This document shows, piece after piece, positions 10,636-21,163 of a stretch of 64,000 nt of DNA. The first letter of the stretch is position 1; the number at the start of each line of letters is the position of its first letter. This DNA comes from Acidobacteriota bacterium (GTDB lineage: Bacteria > Acidobacteriota > UBA890 > WLXD01): positions 640,001 to 704,000 of the forward strand of contig CBDBHB010000008.1 in assembly GCA_965205505.1 (NCBI GenBank). Reading direction: 5' to 3'. The notes beneath the pieces are model-generated. The model ran no database searches, was not told the DNA's origin, and was given only the letters and a program-made list of their open reading frames with translations. Made by a program: the position numbers and the translations under genes.

Positions 10636-12282
10636 TTACCAGAGCTTGTCGACCTCGTCGGTGAGACCGGTCACCTCCCAGTGCACCAGCGCCAGCGGAA
10701 TCACGCCCGACTCGAGCACCGCGTCGACGAAGTCGGGCAATGCGAGCTCGTCGCCCCACAGGCGCGCCAGGTCCGCCAAAATCTTGTCGAGTTGAGCTCG
10801 GCCCAGCGGATAGGCGACCTCGTACCCGGGCGCACGCACGCCGTCGCGCTTGTGGTCCCACATCGTTGCGCTGTCGGCAGCCGCCCAGCCGTACGGTGTT
10901 AGCTCGGCCTCCAGCATCGTCGAGCCCGCATAGTCGAGCTTGTTGGCGATGAACATCAGCTCGCCCATGGCGCGGGCGCCTTCGTGGGCGAAGTTGACGA
11001 GCTGCATCTCCCGGGCTCTCGGATTATCGCTGTAGAGGCCGGCGTGCATCAGCATCTCTTCCAGTCCGCTGGCGAACCCCTCTCTACGAGGGTGGGTCAT
11101 CTCGTAGAGGCGCCGGGTCGCACGTATCGGAGAGCGATGGTCCTGGGAGCGCATCAAATCGAGAACGTGACCCGTGTCCTCGTGGATGATCGCCTGCATC
11201 GGATTGCGCGACGAGACCTGAGTAAAGAAACCCATCGGCTCGCCGATCCAGTCGGCCGACGGCGGCGTTGCCCCGACCGACTCGAACTCGCTGGCCAGGT
11301 TGGAGAAACCGCCCTCCCGGAGGAACCGGAGCAGATAGCTCGCGGCGTCGTTGTAGCGCTGGAAATACTCCTCCTCGGTGGCAGCGGGCTCGAGTGGCGG
11401 CAGGTGACGGTTGCGGAATTGCTCGAGCTTCAGCTGCGCCAGGTTGCGTTCGTACTCGCGACTTGCGATCGCCCAGGCCTCGTCCCACGTGTGGGGAACC
11501 AACCACACGTTCTTGAGCCACCAGTCGAAATTCTCGGCTCCGACGCCGGAAGGCTCGTCCATGCGGTCGAGGTTGTCGGCAATCCAGGTTCGGTAATCCC
11601 TCACCGCCTCCCAAGCACCCTGGGTGACGGCGACCAGATCGGGGTGATGCTGCCGCATACCCTCGACCAGGTCCTGCAGCAGCATGCCCTCCTCATCCAT
11701 GGACCGGAGCCCGAGCAGTGCCAAGTCGTGCTTGGCCTCGTCGATGATGATGTTGCGCTTGCCCTGCGCCAGGATCTTCGGGAGCGCCCGGAGTCGCGAC
11801 CCATAGGCCTCGAGCTGCTCCTCGTCGAGCGGCAGCTCCGGCCTGGCCGAGATGCCGTAGCGTGAAGCCGAGAACCCATAGAAGGGGGAGCCGGTTGAGG
11901 TTGGCGAGCCCCAGTAGAAGTCCGGGCTGGTCGACCACGGCTTCGTCGCCCGGTGATAGAACTCCAGCCCGTTCATCTCGGCGCGAACCAGGTGGTAATC
12001 GATCTGCTGGTCGATTGGCCAGCCGCTGATATCGAAGGCCGCCAGACGCCGTTGGTACTCGCCCAGCTCGCGATGCTGGCGCTCCATTGCCGCCGCCGTG
12101 TAGTCGGGGACCCCATCTTCGACCACGGGCTCGTGGAAAACCCGGAAATCGTCAAACAACGTCAACAGATCACGGTATCGGCCACCCTGAGATCGGCTCC
12201 CGGCCGCCTCGGAGCCGCCACTCGCGAGGGCGAGCGCGCTGATGGCTACCAGCAAGAATGTTGAGCCGGATCTTCTGCGCAT
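10636..12282 (-). CDS. DUF885-like secreted protein, paralog 2
   Basis: Clearly homologous to 8056..9756 (shared QQIDYHLVRAEMNGLEFYHR, ENFDWWLKNVWLVP, TMWDHKRD, TGLTDEVDKLW); HEDTGH...REGFA. Confidence 0.65.
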   Translation of the reverse strand: MRRRSGSTFLLVAISALALASGGSEAAGSRSQGGRYRDLLTLFDDFRVFHEPVVEDGVPDYTAAAMERQHRELGEYQRRLAAFDISGWPIDQQIDYHLVRAEMNGLEFYHRATKPWSTSPDFYWGSPTSTGSPFYGFSASRYGISARPELPLDEEQLEAYGSRLRALPKILAQGKRNIIIDEAKHDLALLGLRSMDEEGMLLQDLVEGMRQHHPDLVAVTQGAWEAVRDYRTWIADNLDRMDEPSGVGAENFDWWLKNVWLVPHTWDEAWAIASREYERNLAQLKLEQFRNRHLPPLEPAATEEEYFQRYNDAASYLLRFLREGGFSNLASEFESVGATPPSADWIGEPMGFFTQVSSRNPMQAIIHEDTGHVLDLMRSQDHRSPIRATRRLYEMTHPRREGFASGLEEMLMHAGLYSDNPRAREMQLVNFAHEGARAMGELMFIANKLDYAGSTMLEAELTPYGWAAADSATMWDHKRDGVRAPGYEVAYPLGRAQLDKILADLARLWGDELALPDFVDAVLESGVIPLALVHWEVTGLTDEVDKLW

Positions 12283-12312
12283 GACGCCTCCGGGTTGATT
12301 GAGCTCCGGTGG

Positions 12313-12341
12313 ATCATATGCAGCCGCCGACGCGATCTCAA
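12313..12341 (-). promoter_or_regulatory. Sigma70-like promoter TTGAGA-N17-TATGAT for DUF885 paralog 2
   Basis: Near-consensus -35/-10 with a 17-nt spacer, ~30 nt before the ATG. Confidence 0.65.
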
Positions 12342-12400
12342 AACGTGTCGCCAACCCGTCGGCCTTGTGGCTGCTCGAAGTCCTCTGTGTACAACCAAGA

Positions 12401-12520
12401 CGTTATTACATAGTAATAGTTAGTATTAATTAGAAAACAATGTTATTAACTGTTATTACATGCTATTTATAGTGATAAAAGCTTAAAAATTTGTTTTAGT
12501 TCTTTTTAGCTTTTATATCC
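12401..12520. other. AT-rich island (~21% GC by hand count) with 10-bp phased repeats
   Basis: GTTATTA at 12402, 12442 and 12452; variant TGCTATTTA at 12461; inverted repeat AAAAGCTTAAAAA / TTTTTAGCTTTT at 12477-12514. Confidence 0.85.
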
Positions 12521-12583
12521 CTGACTTGCTTTGTTAAAGTCCACTCTGGAATCTGACTTTCACTATCCACGGAGTCTTTCTCC

Positions 12584-13584
12584 ATGGCGTTTCCTGTTCG
12601 CGCCCGTGCTTTGCCAAGCGCTGTCCGACCCGAACTGCTCATCGTGTTCGCGCTGTTCGCGGTCACCGGCGTCCTCGATCGGATCGGCGTGCAACAGGTG
12701 ATCGTCTTGAATGGCTTCTATCTGCCGGTCGTTCTTGCCGCGTACTTCTTCGGCAAGGCGCGCGCTGTCGTCACATCCACCGCCTCCGTCCTGCTGGTGA
12801 CCTGGTTTGCGTTGTCAATTCCCGGGTCGTTCGAGATCGGCGCTACCACTGGGATAGACAAGTGGCTCGGCATCACCCTCTGGGGCAGCTTGCTGACCCT
12901 GATCGCGGCGGCGATGGGCCATCTGTACGACGTCAAGCGCGAGGCCTTCCGCGAGCTGCAGCACGCATACAACGGCATCGTCGAGATCATGTCGAAGTTC
13001 ATCGATACCGCCGACAAGTACACCCAGGCGCACTCTGTGCGAGTTTCGCTCTACGCCTCCGCCATCGGTCGCCGCATGGGCCTGGCCAACGGCGACGTCC
13101 AGGACATACGGGTCGCCGCCCTGCTGCACGACATTGGCAAGATCGATGTCAGTGTCGACATCCTCAAGAAAGTCGGTGGCCTGAAGCCGCAAGAGTGGCG
13201 TCAGATCCGCCAACATGCGACCAACGGCGCCTTGATGGTGGACCGGGTGGGAGGCGCCCTGCGCACCGCCGTGCCGCTGATCATGTACCACCACGAGCGC
13301 ATCGACGGCGGCGGCTATAACGGCCTGAAGGGTGAGGACATTCCGCTCGGCGCTCGCATCATCGCCGTCGCCGACGCCTTCGATGCGATCACCACGGACC
13401 GACCGTATCGCCGCGCCCTCGACCGGCAGGTCGCCTGCGGAATTCTGCAGGAGGGTGCCGGCTCCCAGTTCGACGAACATGTCGTGGTCGCATTCCTGGC
13501 AGCGCTCAACGACCCCAGGAAGGGCTCGACGATATCCTGGAGCCGCCGGAACTGCGCAGCGAACGGCCGCGACTCGTGGCATAG
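12584..13584 (+). CDS. Membrane-anchored HD-GYP-type phosphodiesterase
   Basis: About four N-terminal TMs; HSVRVS, LLHDIGK and HHERIDGGGYNGLKGEDIPLGARIIAVADAFDA. Probable 1-nt indel in the C-run at ~13513; the corrected frame ends PPELRSERPRLVA-TAG at 13584. Confidence 0.8.
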
Positions 13585-13613
13585 CCGGGCGGTTCGCCCG
13601 AAGCCATGGCCAG

Positions 13614-15106
13614 CTAGCGTCCTGAGTCAGCGGCGGCGGCAAAGGCGTGCAACGCGCTGCGGGTCCGCACGTAGATGTGTGATCCGCATCGATGGCCGGC
13701 GTCGCAAAACAGATGTCGTCGAGGTCGTTGACCGCGAGAACATCGAGGGTCGAGCCCGGCTTCAGCACCACCACCTTGCATGCCTCGCTGACCATGAAGA
13801 CCTTGCCGTCGCCGGCGACCGGCGAGGCGAAATAGCTCTCGACTGCGTCGTAGAGACGACCGCGGTCGAGCACCTCGCCACTGTCCGGGTCGAGAAGCGT
13901 CACGATGCCGCCGTCGTCGACCATGTGGATGACCCCCTCGTACAGCAGCGCCGACGGCAACTGGGGTACGGACCTACCGTGATTCCAGAGGAAGCTCGAA
14001 TCGGTCATGTCGCCGCTGCCCCCCGTCTTGAAGGCATTTATTCCGCCTCGTGAGGCACGCGCCGATCGGTACCACTCCCACTCCTGACGATTGAGCGCCC
14101 CATCGCTGTCGAGATCGATGAGCCGAATCCAGCGGCGCGCGAGATCGTCGGGAATCTGGTCGACCTCGAACAGCCCGTCGCCATCCGTGTCGCTTGCAGA
14201 AACCTCGTCATATGTGGGAATGGCGCGGTCGTAGCCGTCCTCGAATGCTGTGGCGCTGGTGCCGTTGATGTAGACGGTGGTCGAGTCCGCCGAGAGCACC
14301 GCGACCGCCTTCATCTCGAAGGCCACGCCGGAAACCCACCACCGACGCTCCCCCGTAGCGGCAGCAAACGCCGAGAGCCGCAGCGAGCCCGGAATCAGCA
14401 GCTGGACCTCTCCCGAAGGCGGCCGGAACACGACCGGCGTGGAGTGACCGGTACTCGATCCGGGGCGATCCATGCGCCACCGCACCTCGCCGTCTTGCGC
14501 ACCCACGGCAATCATGAACGCTCCGGTCTTCTGATCGCATACCTGGATCACCTGACCATCTATCACCACCGGTGACGCTGCCATGCCATACGCGTTGTCG
14601 AACGGACCGAGCGGAACCTGCCAGCGTTCGCCACCATCGGCGTCGTAGGCGATCAACCCGAAGTCACCGAAAAACACGTACACGCCGCTACCGTCGGTGG
14701 CGGGTGTAGGCGATGCCGGGTCGTTGAGCCGGTTCAGAGGCTCCTGGCGCGGCCGCGGCGCCGCCTGCCGCCAAAGCACGTCGCCGCTGGCCTGATCGGG
14801 GGCGTACGTATAGAGCGTGCCCTCGTCGACTGCGGTGAGAAAGATCCGTCCTGAGGCCAGGACCGGCGAGGAGTGTCCCGGCGGCAGCGGCGTGCTCCAG
14901 GATTCGTTGTCACCGGGTCCGAACCGAGTCGGGAGCCCGACCGCCACCGCGACGCCGGAGCCATTCGGCCCGCGGAATCGTGACCAACCCCCCTCGGTGA
15001 TCTGAGCCGACGACCCGGTGGTCTGGGTGAAATCGCAGCCTCCGAGAGCAAGGACTCCCACGAGTCCCACAGCCAGGCGCAGGGCTTCTCGAAGGGGTCG
15101 GGTCAA
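13614..15106 (-). CDS. PQQ/BamB-like beta-propeller lipoprotein with an EF-hand insertion (frameshift ~13680)
   Basis: Lipobox LGGC; WSRFRGPNGSG, GHSSPV and ASPTPATDG; EF-hand-like DTDGDG and DLDSDG. Removing 2 nt restores DHIYVRTRSALHAF...TAG at 13614. Confidence 0.75.
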
Positions 15107-15327
15107 CGCGGACTAGCTCCGTCGGGGTGTCCCGACATTGCCAGACCGCCGTTCCCCTTCCTGGGGCGAATGGGTAGCATCTCTCTCTCGACTTCTTGGC
15201 TCCGTTTATCCTTGACCGGAGCCGTCGTCCAAACTTGGGGACTCTACTCTGCAGGGTGAACCGGGACAACGGTAGTGACACACCTCTCGCGCGACACGCG
15301 GGACCGACGCCGTCAGAAGGAGGCGAC

Positions 15328-16392
15328 ATGCGCGTCACAAGCCTCGGACTAACGTTACTGATACTCGCCGTATCGACGCCGATTATCGCCCAGGACTACG
15401 TCTACGACCCGACCAGCACTTACTACGATCCTGACTATCTCAGCACGTATTCGATCATTGTTCGTGACCCGGGCACCGGAGAGCTGGGAATTGGCGTCGC
15501 GAGCAGGGTGCTGGCGGTCGGCCGCAACGGCTCGTCATTCAGAGGTGGCGTCGGGGTCATCGTGCATCAAATGTCGTCGAATCCGTTCTACGGCAGGATC
15601 GGGATGGAGATGCTGATGGCCGGCCTGCACCCGCAGGAGGTCATGGCCCAGCTAGTGCGCAGCGACGAGGCGAGCGCCCGCAGGCAAGTCGCGATCCTCG
15701 ACTTCCAGGGCCGCACCGCTGCGTTCACCGGTGGCGGCCCAGTTGGTCTCGAGGTGTACTCACATCCGCGTGAAGATCCCGAGGAGGCATGGAAAGGCCA
15801 CCGGTGCGGAATCGACTATTGCGCCCAGGCCAACAGCATGGTCGGGCCCGAGGTCGTCGAGAACATGGCAGAGTCGTTCGAATCGACCGGCGGGAAGCCG
15901 CTAGCGGATCGGATCCTCGACGCTCTGGAGGCAGCTCAGGTCGCCGGCGGCGACCGGCGTGGACAGCAGTCAGCTGCTCTGTTCATCGTCCAGCTCCGGG
16001 GCGGCGCAGCCGATTACTCCGATGTCGCCGAGGATCTTCGGGTCAACGACCACCCGACGCCACTGATCGAGCTGCGCCGGCTGCTCACCGTGCGCCGGTC
16101 TCGAGGAATCATCGCCAATGCTAACCAGGTCTTCGAGGACGGCGACCGGGAGCACGGCCTCCAGATCCTCCTCGAGCTTCGAGACAAGATCCCAGGAAAG
16201 GACAACGTCTGGATTGCTCTGGCGAGCATGTATCTCGAGCTGGGGCGCAGAGACAACGCCCTGGACGCGATTCGGCGGGCGGTCGAGATCAATCCCTACA
16301 ATACGCGCCGGGGCAGCGGCGGGCTGCCACGCAACACCAGCTTCGAGGCCCTGTGGTCCGATCCAGAGTGGATTCGGATCATGGGCCGGTAG
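15328..16392 (+). CDS. DUF1028 (Ntn-hydrolase-like) protein with a C-terminal TPR, exported
   Basis: STYSIIVRDPGTGELGIGVAS, RQVAILD, GGDRRGQQSAAL and DLRVNDHPTPLIEL; TPR-like tail; AGGAGG RBS. Confidence 0.8.
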   Translation: MRVTSLGLTLLILAVSTPIIAQDYVYDPTSTYYDPDYLSTYSIIVRDPGTGELGIGVASRVLAVGRNGSSFRGGVGVIVHQMSSNPFYGRIGMEMLMAGLHPQEVMAQLVRSDEASARRQVAILDFQGRTAAFTGGGPVGLEVYSHPREDPEEAWKGHRCGIDYCAQANSMVGPEVVENMAESFESTGGKPLADRILDALEAAQVAGGDRRGQQSAALFIVQLRGGAADYSDVAEDLRVNDHPTPLIELRRLLTVRRSRGIIANANQVFEDGDREHGLQILLELRDKIPGKDNVWIALASMYLELGRRDNALDAIRRAVEINPYNTRRGSGGLPRNTSFEALWSDPEWIRIMGR

Positions 16393-16411
16393 ATCGAGCG
16401 GGCTAGTAGTA

Positions 16412-16448
16412 CTCTCGTATACTAGGTATACTACCTAGTATACGAGAG
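16412..16448. promoter_or_regulatory. Perfect 17-bp inverted repeat, candidate PadR operator
   Basis: CTCTCGTATACTAGGTA-TAC-TACCTAGTATACGAGAG, 33 nt upstream of the PadR ATG. Confidence 0.6.
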
Positions 16449-16481
16449 ATCGAGATCCCCAACCGGTGCTTCGGAGTAAAC

Positions 16482-16805
16482 ATGACCAGCCTTCGCCTCA
16501 CCTACACCACCGGGGTGGTGCTCCAATCCATCGCCGCGGGCTACCGCTACGGCTTCGACATCATGGATGTCTCGGGGCTACCCGACGGGACGGTCTATCC
16601 GGCCCTACGGCGGCTCGAGGACGCCGGACTGCTGACCTCCGAGTGGGAGGACGAGGCCCGAGCCAGCGCCGAGAAGCGGCCGCCACGCTGCTACTACGAG
16701 CTCACCGGCACCGGGGAGCTGATGCTGGCGCGAGCCCTCGACGGATTCCCAGCCTTGCGTCGCGCCGTCGCGGCGGCGTCCGAGGCGCAGGTCAAAGGCG
16801 CCTGA
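16482..16805 (+). CDS. PadR-family transcriptional regulator
   Basis: YGFDIM, GTVYPALRRLE..GLL.SEWE and PPRCYYELTGTG. Confidence 0.9.
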   Translation: MTSLRLTYTTGVVLQSIAAGYRYGFDIMDVSGLPDGTVYPALRRLEDAGLLTSEWEDEARASAEKRPPRCYYELTGTGELMLARALDGFPALRRAVAAASEAQVKGA

Positions 16806-16807
16806 GC

Positions 16808-19494
16808 ATGGGCTTGAACGCGAAAGTGGACAGGTTCGCCGCTGGGCTCTGCCGCGGACTCGTAAGGAGCTTCGCACTGCTGGTCCCGAGCACCGAGCGG
16901 GCACGATGGCGCAACGAGTGGCTGGCAGAGATCGAGCACGCCCGCCGTCGCGACAGAATTCGCGCGATGCTGTTGCGCCGCTGCCTGTCGTCGGGACGTG
17001 ACGCGCTCGTGCTGCGCGCGCGGCGCGGCGCGAGGCACTTGCTTGCCGTTGGGCCGCGGGAGAGCGGCAGCGATATGTTCGGCGAGCTTCGTCAGGATGT
17101 CCGATTCGGTTTTCGATCGCTCTGCAGCTCGCCCGGATTTGCTGCGGTTGCCGTTCTGACGATGGCGCTCGGAATCGGCGCCACGACAACGATCTTCAGC
17201 CTGGTCAACGGAATTCTCTTGCGTCCACTTCCCTACGAGGAGCCCGATCGGCTGGTGGTGGTGTGGCCTGAAAACTGGTTCTCCACCGAGCTCTACCTGA
17301 TGATCGAGCCCTTCCTCGGTTCCTTCGATGCGACCGCCGCCTTCACCGGAACCAACCACACGCTGCTGACGTCCGACGGGGCCATTCGGGTCAAGGGTCC
17401 CAAGGCCACGGCCGGCTTCTTCAACGTGCTCGGGCCGCGAATGCAGCTCGGTCGCGGCTTCGAGCCAGGCGACGACAGGCCTGGAGAGGCCGTCGTAGTG
17501 GTGACTGACAGCTTCTGGCGGACGGAATTGGCTGCCGATCCACGCGCGGTCGGTCGAGCGGTGCGACTCGACGGGCGCGAGCACACCGTCGTCGGGGTGC
17601 TGGCGCCCGGCTATCAAGTGCTACAGAACGGAGCCTCGCTGGTTTCCCCATGGGTGCTCGACACCGAATCGCCCGGCGCCTCGTCGCAGGAGATGAAGCT
17701 CGTCGCCCGTCTCGCCAAGGACTCGACCGCGGCGGCGGCGCTCGAGGAGTTACGCGCCTTCATCGCCTACCTGCACGAGCAGATCGACTTGCCCGCCGAC
17801 TACGGGCGCGACGCCACCATCATGCCGCTGCGCGAGTATCTCGTCGGAGACACGCGCCCGACGCTGCTGTTGCTCTTCGGAGCGGTCGGCCTGACCCTGC
17901 TGATCGCCACCGCGAACGTTGCCAACCTGCTGCTGTCGAGGGCCTTGACGCGCGAGCGAGAGATGGCGGTCCGCGTCGCTCTCGGGGCTCGGCGCGGCCG
18001 CCTAGTGCGGCAGTTGTTGACCGAGTCGTCGTTGCTCGGCCTGCTTGGCATACTGCCCGGACTGGCGCTGGCGTCGGTCGGGCTCAAAGGTGTGCTCGCG
18101 CTGATGCCTGCGGACGCGCCGCGTATCGAGACCGTCGTACTCGATGGTTCGGTGCTCGCGTTTTCGGCGTTCGTTGCCTTGATCACTGGCTGGATCGTCG
18201 GCTTGATCCCGGCACTCCAAGCGTCGGTCTCCGACGTCCGCGCTGCGCTGGCAGCCGGCGGCCGCGGCGGCAGCGAGACCGCCCTGCGGCGGCGCATCCG
18301 CACCGCAGTAGTGCTGGCGGAGGTTGCCATGGCGATGACGCTGGTCGCCGGCTCCGGACTCCTCATCCGGAGCTTTCTGCAAGTAGTGCGTGTCGACCCG
18401 GGATTCCGCCCTGACGGGCTGATCACCTTCGACCTCCGTCCCGAGGAAGGCAGCTTCGCGTCCGCCGCCGAGGCCACACAGTACTTCGACCGTATCCGTG
18501 CGAATCTCGCCGCCCTACCCGGTGTAGCCGCCGTGAGCGAGGTGTGGAAAGGCCCGTTCAGCGAGGATGGCGGGATCAACTCGTTGTACCGGGCCGACCG
18601 TGAGCTCGACCCGGCCGCGGACCCGCCGTACGGGCGCTGGCGACCGGTGAGTCACGACTACTTTGTGACGGCGGGCATCCGGATCATGCGCGGCCGCCTG
18701 TTCACCGCGGCTGATGACGATGGCGCCGAGCCGGTTACGGTGATCTCCGAGACCACGGCGCGCCAGCTCTTCGGCGCCGACGAGCCACTAGGGGAGCGCC
18801 TCCTGACGTCTGTCGAGATGGAGACTCCGGCGCGCGTGGTGGGTATCGTCGGTGACTTGCGGCTACGTGGCCTGGACCAGGAAAGCCCGGCGGTCGTGTA
18901 CCGTCCCTACGCCCAGTTGCCGGAGCTGCTGGAGCGCTACGGTTTCTACGGTCGCTGGATCGTGCTGCGATTCGACGGCCCGGCGCCGCCATCGCTGGCG
19001 GCCACCATTCGCGGCGTCGTTCGCGACGCGGATCCCACCGCCCTGGTCGCCGGCTACACCACGATGACCGACGCTATCCGCGGGTCACTGTCCCAGCGGC
19101 GAGTAACGATGACATTGCTGGGGCTCTTCGCCGGCGCGGCGCTGCTGCTGGGAGCGATCGGGGTCTACGGCGTCCTCGCCTACTCGGTGCGCAGCCGACG
19201 CCGGGAGTTCGGCATCCGCGTCGCTCTTGGCGCGACCCGCGGTCGGATCGTGCGCAGTGTTCTATCCGACGCGCTGTCTCTGGCACTGCTTGGGTCGGCC
19301 ATCGGACTCGGGCTGACCATGCTGCTCTCGAGGGCCCTCGAGAGCTTCCTGTACGACGTCAGCGTCTTCGACCCGTGGGTTCTCGCCGCCGCCGTCGCCA
19401 CGACGCGCTGCTGGCGGTGATGTCGGCGCTGCACCCGGCCGTGCGCGCCGGGCGCGAGGACCCGGCACGCTCCTTATCGGCGGGTGGGTCCTAG
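16808..19494 (+). CDS. ADOP-type duplicated ABC permease (frameshift ~19405)
   Basis: QDVRFGFRSL, ALGIGATTTIFS, LLIATANVANLLL and RRREFGIRVALGA. The shifted frame gives LHPAVRAGREDPARSL..TAG at 19494, sharing CTAG with the amidase stop. Confidence 0.8.
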
Positions 19495-21116
19495 GTCAGC
19501 TGTACCGTCGACCGGAACGTCGGGACGACTCGGTGACCCGTTGCCCGCTCGTAGGAATGGGCCAATCGGATGAGGCTGGGCTCGCTCCACGCCGTACCGA
19601 TGAACGAGATGCCCACCGGCAGCCCGAAGACATAACCGGCCGGGACCGTGATGCTGGGGTAGCCGGCCACCGCGCCCGGGCTGGAGCTGCCGCCCAGGAA
19701 ATGGTCGCCGGTGACCAGATCGATGGGCCAGGCGGGCCCGTCGGTGGGCGCCACCAGAGCGGCGAGATCATGCTCGCGCAGTACCTGATCGATTCCCTCG
19801 GGACCTGCATACCGCCGGTTGTTGGCGAGCGCGTCGAGGTAAGCCTGGTCGGTCAGCGGCCCCTTGGACTCGGCCATGTGGAAGAGCTCCTGGCCGAAGT
19901 AGGGCATCTCGCGGTCACGGTTCCGCTCGTTGAAGGCGATCAGGTCGGCGAGACTCCGCATCGATCCACCGCGGGCGCGCAGGTACGACGCCATGTCGGC
20001 CTTGAGCTCGTATAGCAACACCTCGTTCTCGGTGTCGCGATACTCGTCGGTATTGGGGATCTCGGCCGGGTCGACGATCACTGCGCCGGCCTGGCGCATC
20101 GCCTCGATCGCCTCTTCTATGAGGGCGTCAACCTGCTCGTGGAAACCGAAGAAGCCACGCACTACGCCGATGCGAGCACCTCGCAGGCCGCCTGCATCGA
20201 GGTACTGCGTGTAGTCGGGCTGGCGATACGGCGCGGAGGGCTCGGTGTCGGGGTCGCGCGGATCGACACCGGCTAGTGCACCGAGCAGCACGGCCGCATC
20301 GGCCACGGTGCGCGCCATCGGCCCCGCGGTGTCTTGGCTATGGGCCAGCGGGATGATACCGGCGCGGCTCCACAGCCCCAACGTGGGCTTGATACCGACA
20401 ATGCCGCAGGCGTTCGCCGGACAGACAATCGACCCGTCGGTCTCGGTGCCAATGGCAATGGCACATAGGCTCGCCGAGACCGCCGCGCCCGAGCCGGAGC
20501 TCGAGCCACATGGGCTGCGATCGAGCACGTACGGATTAAGCGTCTGGCCGCCCCGACCGCTCCACCCCGAGCTACTGCGCGTCGAGCGCATGTTGGCCCA
20601 CTCGCTGAGGTTGGTCTTGGCCAGCAGCACCGCCCCCGCTTCGCGCAGCCGTTCAACGATGAAAGCGTCGCGCGGCGTCGGCGCGTCCAACAGCGCCAGC
20701 GAGCCGGCCGTCGTGAGCATGCGGTCGCCCGTGTCGATGTTGTCCTTGATTGCTATCGGGATCCCGTGCAGCGGTCCGCGCACCCGCCCGCCGGCGCGCT
20801 CCTCGTCGAGCTCGCGAGCAATCGCCAGCGCGTCGGGATTTACCTCGATGATCGAGTTCAGCCTCGGACCGGCACGATCAAGCGACTCGATGCGGCCCAG
20901 GTAGGCCAGCACCAGCTGCTCGGAGGTGAAGCGGCCGGCAGCCATATGCTCCTGCAGATCAGCAACCGTGACGTCCTCGACGTCCACCCACCCGGCCTGT
21001 GTGTGCGCACCAAGCCCGCCAATCATCGTGGGCGTCGCCCGAATCGGCGGCGCGCCCGACACCAGGGCCACCGCGGTTCCCGCCAGCGTGTCGCGCAGAA
21101 AGTCACGTCGTCGCAT
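19491..21116 (-). CDS. Amidase signature family enzyme, Tat-exported
   Basis: MRRRDFL; LHGIPIAIKDNI, KTNLSEWAN, GSSSGSG and GTETDGSIVCPA. Confidence 0.9.
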   Translation of the reverse strand: MRRRDFLRDTLAGTAVALVSGAPPIRATPTMIGGLGAHTQAGWVDVEDVTVADLQEHMAAGRFTSEQLVLAYLGRIESLDRAGPRLNSIIEVNPDALAIARELDEERAGGRVRGPLHGIPIAIKDNIDTGDRMLTTAGSLALLDAPTPRDAFIVERLREAGAVLLAKTNLSEWANMRSTRSSSGWSGRGGQTLNPYVLDRSPCGSSSGSGAAVSASLCAIAIGTETDGSIVCPANACGIVGIKPTLGLWSRAGIIPLAHSQDTAGPMARTVADAAVLLGALAGVDPRDPDTEPSAPYRQPDYTQYLDAGGLRGARIGVVRGFFGFHEQVDALIEEAIEAMRQAGAVIVDPAEIPNTDEYRDTENEVLLYELKADMASYLRARGGSMRSLADLIAFNERNRDREMPYFGQELFHMAESKGPLTDQAYLDALANNRRYAGPEGIDQVLREHDLAALVAPTDGPAWPIDLVTGDHFLGGSSSPGAVAGYPSITVPAGYVFGLPVGISFIGTAWSEPSLIRLAHSYERATGHRVVPTFRSTVQLT

Positions 21117-21163
21117 CTACAGCCCCGAGAAGTAATCGGCGCGGGCTTGGCGGGCAATGCCCG

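Noticed and set aside
12521-12583. c-di-GMP riboswitch upstream of the HD-GYP gene
   Set aside because: I could not identify class I or class II consensus elements; only short AAAGTC/GACTTT pairing.
12815-14053. Apparent 1.2-kb antiparallel overlap of the HD-GYP and PQQ genes
   Set aside because: Explained by one small indel in each gene; the corrected stops at 13584 and 13614 remove the overlap.
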